From: Desulfocapsa sulfexigens DSM 10523
GTDB lineage: Bacteria > Desulfobacterota > Desulfobulbia > Desulfobulbales > Desulfocapsaceae
Assembly (NCBI RefSeq): GCF_000341395.1
Contig: NC_020304.1
Coordinates: 1,170,001-1,202,000 of the forward strand
Direction: 5' to 3'
DNA: 32,000 nucleotides
Shown here: one piece after another, positions 25,324 through 32,000 of the stretch
How the letters are laid out: the number at the start of each line of letters is the position of its first letter
Position numbering within the stretch: the first letter of the stretch is position 1
Translations under genes and position numbers: made by a program
The notes under the pieces: generated by a model
Told to the model about the DNA's origin: nothing
The model's input: only the letters and a program-made list of their open reading frames with translations
Database searches by the model: none

Positions 25324-26475
25324 TCACTGTTTACCATTGCTGACGATGATCTTGGACTTCACAGCACGTATCTGCGGAATGAGAATCGACCTGAAAGCAT
25401 CATAAGCCGCCTCAATGGGAATGGCGCAATCATTGCCTTTGGGGTCCCTGAACACCCCACTGTTCAGGCCACTGACATTTCCATATCTGTCCAACAACGG
25501 CCACCCCTTATCCTCTTGTTGTATCCGAATATCACTGCATAGCATTTTTTGCTTCTCAAGTGAGGCTGCGTTGTCAACCACTCTCCCCTCCTGCACCAAA
25601 ACACCGCTCTCTGCCCTGTATCCTGCAATAAAAGCCCTGTCACCTGCTCGCAAGGGAATAGTACGGGGACGAAGAGGCGTGTACTTTAGTTTTGCTGTAT
25701 TCACCTGAAGCAGTAACAGATTATGAGCAGTAGAGCTGTAAGTTATTTTTTTGAGCTTCAACCGTTTCCCCTCTGAGGAGAGGATTTTTATATCCGATAA
25801 ATTTTCAAGAGACGGCCCACTGGTTTTCTTTAACAAATCACCCAACTCCTGGCTTCTGGTGATACTGGTAAAAAGTTCCTTCTTTTTTTCTTCGGAGAGA
25901 CGTTGAAATGTTTCTTTTTCATAGCCAGGCAGCAGAAGATTCATTTTTTGCCGAATAGTCCGCAATCTTTGCTGCTCAAGAACAACAATCTGATCCAGCA
26001 GTTTTTTTTCATATCTGGCCTTCTCCAGTTTTTCTTTGCTGGGCCCCGCTACATCCCCTGCTGTCAGAATATGTCCTTTATAATCAATAAAAAATCCTGT
26101 CGCCTGGCCAAGGGGAGAATCGATATACACAAGCGATCGCAAGACACGTCTGGACATCTTCTCGGTGGCCGTCGGAACCCTGTCAGGTTTGCGGTCTATC
26201 TTTTTTCGGGTGGATTCGAAAACAATTGGAGAGATCTCCAGACCTGTTTGCAGGACGACTTCCTCTGGCGCTGATTGCTCATCGGCTATAGGTGTATCCA
26301 AGGATACACTTTCAATATTCGGCAAAGGATCAACTGCAGCAGACATCTCATCTCTCATGGGGACAAGATAAGCCAATAACGCTGTGGCCAAAATCAAAAT
26401 AAGCAGAATCAGTAAGAAAGGCCTGTAAGTAAATGATTTCAAACTATACAACTTCCCGGTAACATTCTTTATCAT
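25324..26475 (-). CDS. Membrane-anchored trypsin-fold (S1/HtrA-like) pseudoprotease with coiled-coil insertion
   Basis: The N-terminal basic tail is followed by a TM helix (PFLLILLILILATALLAYLV). The fold landmarks are GQATGFFIDYKGHILTAGDVAG, AHNLLLLQVN, PLRAGDRAFIAGY and EDKGWPLLDRYGNVSGLNSG. D141, N252 and K323 sit where the catalytic His, Asp and Ser are expected. Confidence 0.65.
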   Translation of the reverse strand: MIKNVTGKLYSLKSFTYRPFLLILLILILATALLAYLVPMRDEMSAAVDPLPNIESVSLDTPIADEQSAPEEVVLQTGLEISPIVFESTRKKIDRKPDRVPTATEKMSRRVLRSLVYIDSPLGQATGFFIDYKGHILTAGDVAGPSKEKLEKARYEKKLLDQIVVLEQQRLRTIRQKMNLLLPGYEKETFQRLSEEKKKELFTSITRSQELGDLLKKTSGPSLENLSDIKILSSEGKRLKLKKITYSSTAHNLLLLQVNTAKLKYTPLRPRTIPLRAGDRAFIAGYRAESGVLVQEGRVVDNAASLEKQKMLCSDIRIQQEDKGWPLLDRYGNVSGLNSGVFRDPKGNDCAIPIEAAYDAFRSILIPQIRAVKSKIIVSNGKQ

Positions 26476-26484
26476 TCTCTATTA

Positions 26485-27933
26485 TTATTTTGCATCATCC
26501 AGCCACTCTTCTATCAGCCTGGGCTTAAAAACACAGCTTCCAGGTGCCCGCCAGGTACACTGGCCATTCATTTCAATTCCATGCCTGATAACTGAAACAG
26601 GGCGATCCGAGGAGACAACCACCACAATCACCCCATCGTGCTCTTTGGAAAAACGAAGGGCTGAATTATAGCGCGCTCCTCTGGCCAGATCTTCACCATA
26701 AATGCTTCGGCCATCGAGGAGGCAGGAAAATCCGCGGAGACAGGATTCAGCATCAATATGGAGTGCTCCATCCACGGCAGAAAGAGAAGCCGCGAGAGAA
26801 AGGAGCCTTTCTTCTGAAAGGTCAAGAGGCTGCTCAAACTTCTGACCGGGAATATCAAGAGGAGAACTTTCCAGATCTATTACCAGAGTGCAGCCATGGG
26901 AGGATTTTTCAGCATTGTGGACCAGGGCACTGATAATATGGAAAAGCTTATACACAGAGTCACTGCTTAATGACTCTGCCTCTAGGAGGCTTTCTTCAAC
27001 TTCAACCAACTTAGCCATATTGGTGGTGGAATGAAACTTTCCATCGAAAAAGCTGCAGACGGTTTCTTCTCCCGTTTTAATAAAGCCATAGCTTTCATTA
27101 AACTCAACCAGAATAGAAAACTCAAGATCCTCGTCGGATGCAATACCAACGATAGAGACCCCATCGGAAACGAGCCTGTTACCAGACCCTTTAACACTCT
27201 GCAGTAATTTTCGAACATGCTTGCAATTATCCAGTTGCGGCCGCTCACCCTCATTAAAACGAGCAAGAAAAGAAAGCTGCCCCATCAGCCTCGGCTCCAC
27301 AAAAAGCAGACTCCCATCCGGCAAAGCCCCTTCTTCCAGAGTCTTTGAGATACCCAGGATAGCCTTCAAAACCGGGTAAATACGGATTTTGGAATCGATA
27401 CCGAGACGAAAGTTACATTCATCAATAATACAATCCCGAACGGCATGAGTCGCGTACTCCTTGAGAAAACTCCCCGAGATCCCGGAATATAACTCCTGCT
27501 CATTGGCAATGTCATGGGAAAAACGGAGTACAGCATACTCCAGCCAACGTTCCGTTGGTCCAATGGAGCAAATATCAGGATGGTGTTCTGTAAACCACAT
27601 CTGATAAAAGACAGAACCCGATCGACCGCCATAGCTGACAAGACCATCAAGCCCTAAGTTTTTTTCTGGAAGGATATGACCATATCTTGCTTTATCATTT
27701 TCGAGATTAATGTCGACACACCACTTCCCATCCGGGGAAAAAATCATCCTCAATGCCGGATCATAGCCTTTCAGCAGACTCTGAGGATCACAGATATACA
27801 GTTTTGACTGGGGAGTAAGGCAGTATATCACCGCCACCCGACTCGGCCCCGAGAATTCAGACAGACCTTCCTGGAGACCATGCAGTATATCACTTGTACA
27901 ACGATGAACAAAATGATCGACTCGACTGGTCAT
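26485..27933 (-). CDS. DisA_N/DAC (diadenylate cyclase)-fold protein with large N-terminal domain of unknown function and non-canonical active-site motif
   Basis: The C-terminal roughly 140 aa aligns by eye to DAC domains: HGCTLVIDL, VDGALHID (DGA at 26764-26772), and GARYNSALRF (RYN at 26665-26673) in place of G(T/A)RHR(A/S)A, then VIVVVVSSDRPVSVI. There is no TM helix and no Walker motifs. Confidence 0.6.
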   Translation of the reverse strand: MTSRVDHFVHRCTSDILHGLQEGLSEFSGPSRVAVIYCLTPQSKLYICDPQSLLKGYDPALRMIFSPDGKWCVDINLENDKARYGHILPEKNLGLDGLVSYGGRSGSVFYQMWFTEHHPDICSIGPTERWLEYAVLRFSHDIANEQELYSGISGSFLKEYATHAVRDCIIDECNFRLGIDSKIRIYPVLKAILGISKTLEEGALPDGSLLFVEPRLMGQLSFLARFNEGERPQLDNCKHVRKLLQSVKGSGNRLVSDGVSIVGIASDEDLEFSILVEFNESYGFIKTGEETVCSFFDGKFHSTTNMAKLVEVEESLLEAESLSSDSVYKLFHIISALVHNAEKSSHGCTLVIDLESSPLDIPGQKFEQPLDLSEERLLSLAASLSAVDGALHIDAESCLRGFSCLLDGRSIYGEDLARGARYNSALRFSKEHDGVIVVVVSSDRPVSVIRHGIEMNGQCTWRAPGSCVFKPRLIEEWLDDAK

Positions 27934-27948
27934 TTTGTATTTTTATCC

Positions 27949-28785
27949 TTACTCAACCAGATGGGCCCATTCTTTGGTACCAAACCAGTAATGATGACGC
28001 TCTTCCAACCAGCCCTCGTGACTGACGATGGTAATCCAGTTATTAAAAAAGCTGATGGTATCAAAATCACCTTTTCGCACAGCAAAACCAATAGGCTCTC
28101 TGGTAAAATTCGACTCAAGTGGCAGGAACATGGTTTCAGGGTATTTAATAGCCTCATAGGCTGGTCGGGGAGCTGACCCCACAACTGCATGAACATTGCC
28201 GTTACGAAGCTCCTGATAGGCCTGGGCCTCATCATCAAAGAGGCGTAATTTGGCATTCGGGATGTATTTCTTTACTGCTGTAACCGCTGTGGTCCCCAGT
28301 TTACAGGCAATCTCCACATCCGCATTGTTAAAATCCTCAAGACTTGCAAACCCTGCCGCCTTTTCTTTATGGGCAACAATGGCCATGCCGGAGTAATCAT
28401 AGGGAATTGTAAAATTGACCTTGAGTGCACGTTTTGTCTGTATGCCCATGCCACCGATAACCACGTCAAATTTTCCGGTGAGCAATGCCGGGATAATTCC
28501 AGCCCACTTGGTTGGAACAAACTCCACTTTCACTCCCATATCGGAGGCCAATCTTCTGGCAACATCAATTTCAAATCCTACCAACTCCCCCGATTTATCT
28601 TTCATGGCCCAGGGCAGAAAGGTATCCATCCCTACTCGCAGAACTCCGCGCCGCATGACCTGGTCAATTGTTGATTCGGCTATCAGCTGATTCTGCATTT
28701 TCCCGGCCATGACAGGGATTGCTGTCATAATCAGTGCTGTAATAAGGCAAATAGTTACAAGAACTTTTCCGTTGAATGTCTTCAT
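27949..28785 (-). CDS. Amino-acid ABC transporter periplasmic substrate-binding protein (family 3)
   Basis: The signal peptide is MKTFNGKVLVTICLITALIMTAIPVMAG. The SBP_bac_3-type pattern includes LRVGMD..PWA...GELVGFEIDVA...W..IIPAL..GKFDVVIGGM. An AGGAGG RBS is present. Confidence 0.85.
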   Translation of the reverse strand: MKTFNGKVLVTICLITALIMTAIPVMAGKMQNQLIAESTIDQVMRRGVLRVGMDTFLPWAMKDKSGELVGFEIDVARRLASDMGVKVEFVPTKWAGIIPALLTGKFDVVIGGMGIQTKRALKVNFTIPYDYSGMAIVAHKEKAAGFASLEDFNNADVEIACKLGTTAVTAVKKYIPNAKLRLFDDEAQAYQELRNGNVHAVVGSAPRPAYEAIKYPETMFLPLESNFTREPIGFAVRKGDFDTISFFNNWITIVSHEGWLEERHHYWFGTKEWAHLVE

Positions 28786-28853
28786 TGTTCCTCCTGAGTG
28801 AGTTTCTGAAAAAATAAGGGTGTCAGATATAAGAACATCTTATTGCATAGTAA

Positions 28854-29693
28854 TCAAAAAGACAAATCAGACCTGTAGGGTGATGACATCTGTTTTTCCA
28901 GGTAGGACACAAGGATTGACAGGGACACGGTGATAACAAGATACATCAGAGCCACAGTAAACCAGAGTTCAAAGGTGAGAAAGGTCTCTGAAATCAAGGC
29001 CTGTACCTCCATGGTAAGATCATAGACAGCAATAGTGCTTACCAGTGCCGAATCCTTAATCAAAGATATGGCCTGGCTGGCCAGTGGCGGCAATACTCGA
29101 CGCACAGCCTGAGGAAAAACGATAAATCGATAAGCATGATTATAACTGAGTCCCAGGCTGTGCGAAGCCTCCCACTGCCCCTTTTCCACAGACATAATTC
29201 CGGAACGAAGGATCTCAGAGGCATAGGCACCCTCAAAAAGGCTGAGTGCCAGCACTGCAGCCCAAAAGCGATCGAGGCCAAGAATTGGCCCCATAACAAA
29301 ATAAATGAAAAAGAGCTGAATAAGAAGAGGCGTATTTCGACTGATTTCAAGGTAAAATCGTGCAACAACTTTTCCCGGAACCGAGTTTGAAAGGCGGAGC
29401 AATGCTGTGATCAGGCCGACTACAAATGCCAACCCTAGACTGATTGCAGATATCTTAACAGTCACCCCAAGTCCGTACAGGAGTGGACCCGCCATAAAAC
29501 CAGAATCATCCCAGACATAAAGATATCGTGGTATCTGATACCATTGCCACTGATAGCCCATATCCTCAACTGAACGTGCGAAAAAGTAGCATACCAGAAC
29601 AAGAAGGAGCAAAAACTGTCCGATATCAAACAGAGGAGACCTGGTGAAAGACCTCCAGGTTTTCCTTTTCTTTTCAGTAACTAAGGAATGCAT
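28854..29693 (-). CDS. Amino-acid ABC transporter permease (His/Glu/Gln/Arg/opine family)
   Basis: The polytopic protein has the EAA-like loop EASHSLGLSYNHAYRFIVFPQAVRRVLPPLASQAISLIKDSALVS. I chose ATG 29693; the track start at TTG 29696 is one codon upstream. Confidence 0.85.
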   Translation of the reverse strand: MHSLVTEKKRKTWRSFTRSPLFDIGQFLLLLVLVCYFFARSVEDMGYQWQWYQIPRYLYVWDDSGFMAGPLLYGLGVTVKISAISLGLAFVVGLITALLRLSNSVPGKVVARFYLEISRNTPLLIQLFFIYFVMGPILGLDRFWAAVLALSLFEGAYASEILRSGIMSVEKGQWEASHSLGLSYNHAYRFIVFPQAVRRVLPPLASQAISLIKDSALVSTIAVYDLTMEVQALISETFLTFELWFTVALMYLVITVSLSILVSYLEKQMSSPYRSDLSF

Positions 29694-29815
29694 CAAGGTT
29701 GTATTGGTAAAAGATTTAATTACAAAGCAGATAGCTCGAAGTATACTAGTGTTTTACAAAAAAACACCTTTATTATGCGGAACACCCATAAGCTTATTTT
29801 TAAAAGTGATCACAA

Positions 29816-30610
29816 GTGATTATCGACTTTCATACCCATGCCTTCCCTGATAACGTCGCGGCAAAAGCCATTCCTGTTCTTGAAAAGGAAGGAAACATCA
29901 AGGCCCACACTGCTGGAACCACCCAATCTCTTCTAAGTTCCATGGATCTGGCTGGTATTGATCGCAGTCTTATCTGCTCCATTGCGACCCGCCCTGAACA
30001 GTTTAAGCCCATTCTCAACTGGTCACGTGAGGTCAAGAACGCACGTCTTATTCCCCTGCCCTCCATTCATCCAGATGATCCACACTGCCTAGAACATGTT
30101 TATACCGTAAAACAGGAAGGCTTTATCGGAATAAAGATGCATCCCTTTTATCAGGACTATTTTTTAAATGAGAAAAAACTGGATCCCCTCTACGAAGCCT
30201 TAAGTAACACAGGCCTGCTCCTTGTTGTTCACTGTGGGTACGACATCGCCTTTCCCCGTATCCGCCGTGTAGACCCCGCAGCAATAGAAAAGCTTCAGCA
30301 GCGTTTTCCGCACTTGCGTCTTATAACTACTCACTTTGGAGGATGGGATATCTGGGATGAAGTTGAGGATATCCTTATTGGTAAAAATATTTATATGGAA
30401 ATCTCCTTTGCCCTCCACTATCTTAAGAAGGAACAAGTAATTCGAATGCTGAACAACCACCCTCAGGAATATCTGCTTTTTGGCAGCGACTCGCCGTGGA
30501 TTGATCAGACAGAATCTATTCACCACTTAAAAGCATTGGCACTGAATGACAAACTACTCACCGGGATTCTCGGTGGGAATGCACTGAGACTTATACAGGA
30601 AGCCGTATGA
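29816..30610 (+). CDS. Metal-dependent amidohydrolase-fold (TIM-barrel, Amidohydro_2-like) protein
   Basis: The N-terminus MIIDFHTHAFPD carries the HxH metal motif. Later motifs are GIKMHP, VVHCG and FGSDSPW. The start is GTG. Confidence 0.75.
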   Translation: MIIDFHTHAFPDNVAAKAIPVLEKEGNIKAHTAGTTQSLLSSMDLAGIDRSLICSIATRPEQFKPILNWSREVKNARLIPLPSIHPDDPHCLEHVYTVKQEGFIGIKMHPFYQDYFLNEKKLDPLYEALSNTGLLLVVHCGYDIAFPRIRRVDPAAIEKLQQRFPHLRLITTHFGGWDIWDEVEDILIGKNIYMEISFALHYLKKEQVIRMLNNHPQEYLLFGSDSPWIDQTESIHHLKALALNDKLLTGILGGNALRLIQEAV

Positions 30611-30981
30611 CAGACATCCCCCATATATCGAAAAGAGACTGTGATTGCTGCGGAAAACCTCTTCCGGACGGTGAATTATTTTATCACTGCCGCACGGAAC
30701 TTATTGCTGCCAAGGATGAGACCATCCCCGAACTGAAACACCCGGACAAACTTATTGCCATGGCCCTCTCTGAGATAGCCGGAAAGGACGAGAATGAGCT
30801 TCTAGATGATATCTACCAGGAGATTATCCTCCAACTCTGTCCAAACTGTCGTCTAATACTGTTGAAACATATCCACAGTATGTTGAATAAAGGCTGTAAA
30901 AATTGTCCCAAATGCGGGCCACAGCCGGTAAGGAAAAAAGGGAAACTGCTAAAATTTCCTTCCAGTGATAACGTGAAATAG
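30607..30981 (+). CDS. Zinc-ribbon hypothetical protein (three CxxC pairs plus an additional nearby Cys)
   Basis: The Cys motifs are CDCCGKPL...YHC, CPNC and CKNCPKCG. The ATGA overlap with the amidohydrolase stop indicates translational coupling. Confidence 0.6.
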   Translation: MTDIPHISKRDCDCCGKPLPDGELFYHCRTELIAAKDETIPELKHPDKLIAMALSEIAGKDENELLDDIYQEIILQLCPNCRLILLKHIHSMLNKGCKNCPKCGPQPVRKKGKLLKFPSSDNVK

Positions 30982-31029
30982 GTGGCTCAAACACACCTTG
31001 TTGTCTTTACTGGACCCCTGCCCCTCTGA

Positions 31030-31389
31030 CTACAACACCTGTTGCAGAAATTCATCAGCCAGCATTGACAGGGCAAGGGCATCCATAACTTCCACCCGTG
31101 AATCCACCATAACTCCGTTTGCAATCAAAACCGTGCGCGGATAGCCATGACCGCCAAAGGCATCGGTGAGTGATTGGTGTTCATCTGAGATAAAAATCAG
31201 CTTTTCAGTCTGCACACAGCACTGATAGACTGGAATTCCAGCTGTTTCCATTTTCTGTGCAAACCCTGGAAAATGAGGTTGCTGGCGTACCATGCAATCC
31301 GGACACCAGGCCGCTATCACGTTGAGTACAAAGGTTTCCTTCTGATTCATTTGCTCCTGCACTTCGGCAGGACTGAGTTCTCGTATCAT
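31030..31389 (-). CDS. Thioredoxin-fold protein (WCPDC active site)
   Basis: The 119-aa protein has VLNVIAAWCPDC in a thioredoxin-like context and a cis-Pro-like GYPRTVL. Confidence 0.7.
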   Translation of the reverse strand: MIRELSPAEVQEQMNQKETFVLNVIAAWCPDCMVRQQPHFPGFAQKMETAGIPVYQCCVQTEKLIFISDEHQSLTDAFGGHGYPRTVLIANGVMVDSRVEVMDALALSMLADEFLQQVL

Positions 31390-31395
31390 AATTAT

Positions 31396-32000
31396 TTATT
31401 TCCTCCGTATCTCCCAGCAATGATGAATTCTACTGTTTCTGGCAAAATCAAGGGGAATGGAGTCCCTGCTGATATTACGGATTGCGTAATACTTGTCAAT
31501 GGATTCATCCATCTGAAAGCGTCTGAAATTGGTTGAAAAAATGAGCACCCCACCCTCTGCCAGACGGGCAACGGATTTTTCAATCAGGAGGCGGTGATCG
31601 CGTTGCACATCAAAGACCCGGCTTTCTTTTTTGGTATTGGAGAAGGTGGGAGGATCAACAAAGATCAGATCGTACTCCTTTCTATCCTCCGCCAACCATT
31701 TAAGGCAATCGGCCTGTATCGTTTCATGAGCCAAGCCGCCAAAACCATTCAGAGCAAGATTCATCCGAGCCCAGTTAAGATAGGTTGGTGAAAGATCCAC
31801 GGTGGTTGTGGATTCCGCTCCACCTACAGCTGCGTGAACGGTAGCCGTTCCCGTGTAGGCAAAAAGATTGAGGAAACGTTTCCCCTTAGCTTCCCTCGCA
31901 ATTTTCATACGAATATTGCGATGATCAAGAAATATTCCGGTATCCAGATAATCGGTGAAATTCACCAGTAGAAAGCAGTCCCCTTCCCGGACGGTGTACA
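31396..32000 (-). CDS. 23S rRNA methyltransferase RlmL/RlmK-type, C-terminal SAM-dependent domain (partial; continues past window end)
   Basis: The sequence is ...DTGIFLDHR..., FLNLFAYTGTATVHAAVGGA, DLSPTYLNWARMNLALNG and IFVDPPTFSN. The frame stays open to base 32000. Confidence 0.7.
   Translation of the reverse strand, partial: YTVREGDCFLLVNFTDYLDTGIFLDHRNIRMKIAREAKGKRFLNLFAYTGTATVHAAVGGAESTTTVDLSPTYLNWARMNLALNGFGGLAHETIQADCLKWLAEDRKEYDLIFVDPPTFSNTKKESRVFDVQRDHRLLIEKSVARLAEGGVLIFSTNFRRFQMDESIDKYYAIRNISRDSIPLDFARNSRIHHCWEIRRK

Noticed and set aside
1-32000. tRNA, rRNA and CRISPR arrays
   Set aside because: Scanning the intergenic regions by eye showed no cloverleaf-like T-arm consensus, no rRNA-like segments and no regularly spaced direct repeats. 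A tRNAscan/Infernal/CRISPR-finder run would be needed to exclude them formally.

Overview
The window is about 32 kb of bacterial chromosome with mid-40s to low-50s %GC. The gene content (large HdrA-like flavoprotein, MvhD, HesB-like protein) suggests an anaerobic Desulfobacterota-type organism; that assignment is inference only. All calls come from reading the ORF translations and the DNA by eye. No database searches were run. Contents from left to right: (1) A zinc-homeostasis island on the + strand: Cys/His-rich COG0701-type permease, TIGR03943/DUF1980 partner, znuA, znuC, znuB and a Fur-family (Zur-like) regulator. A candidate promoter/operator sits upstream of znuA, and an apparent frameshift in a T9 tract removes the znuA start and signal peptide. 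(2) A minus-strand block: autotransporter with a repetitive beta-helix passenger, a TIGR03032/DUF4915-like protein, a Trp/Arg-rich orphan, a HesB/IscA-like protein, MvhD and a 1020-aa double-module HdrA-like protein. (3) A secreted beta-rich orphan. (4) trkA-trkH. (5) An aldo/keto reductase. (6) A decayed IS91/Y2-type transposase remnant. (7) A three-domain fusion of acyl-AMP ligase, carrier domain and PlsC acyltransferase. (8) A tightly packed minus-strand cluster: amino-acid ABC permease and binding protein with no ATPase, then a diadenylate-cyclase (DisA_N/DAC)-fold protein in which RHR is replaced by RYN, then a membrane-anchored trypsin-fold protein with all three catalytic residues replaced. 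I consider this cluster the best candidate for an undescribed signalling system. (9) Amidohydrolase, zinc-ribbon protein, thioredoxin-like protein and a partial RlmL/RlmK-type methyltransferase. Noncoding observations include a 61-nt dispersed intergenic repeat (50/61 identical, two copies), a perfect 28-bp palindrome between mvhD and the hesB-like gene, near-identical 69-bp tandem repeats inside the autotransporter, and a 586-bp ORF-free leader upstream of hdrA. No tRNA, rRNA or CRISPR array was seen.
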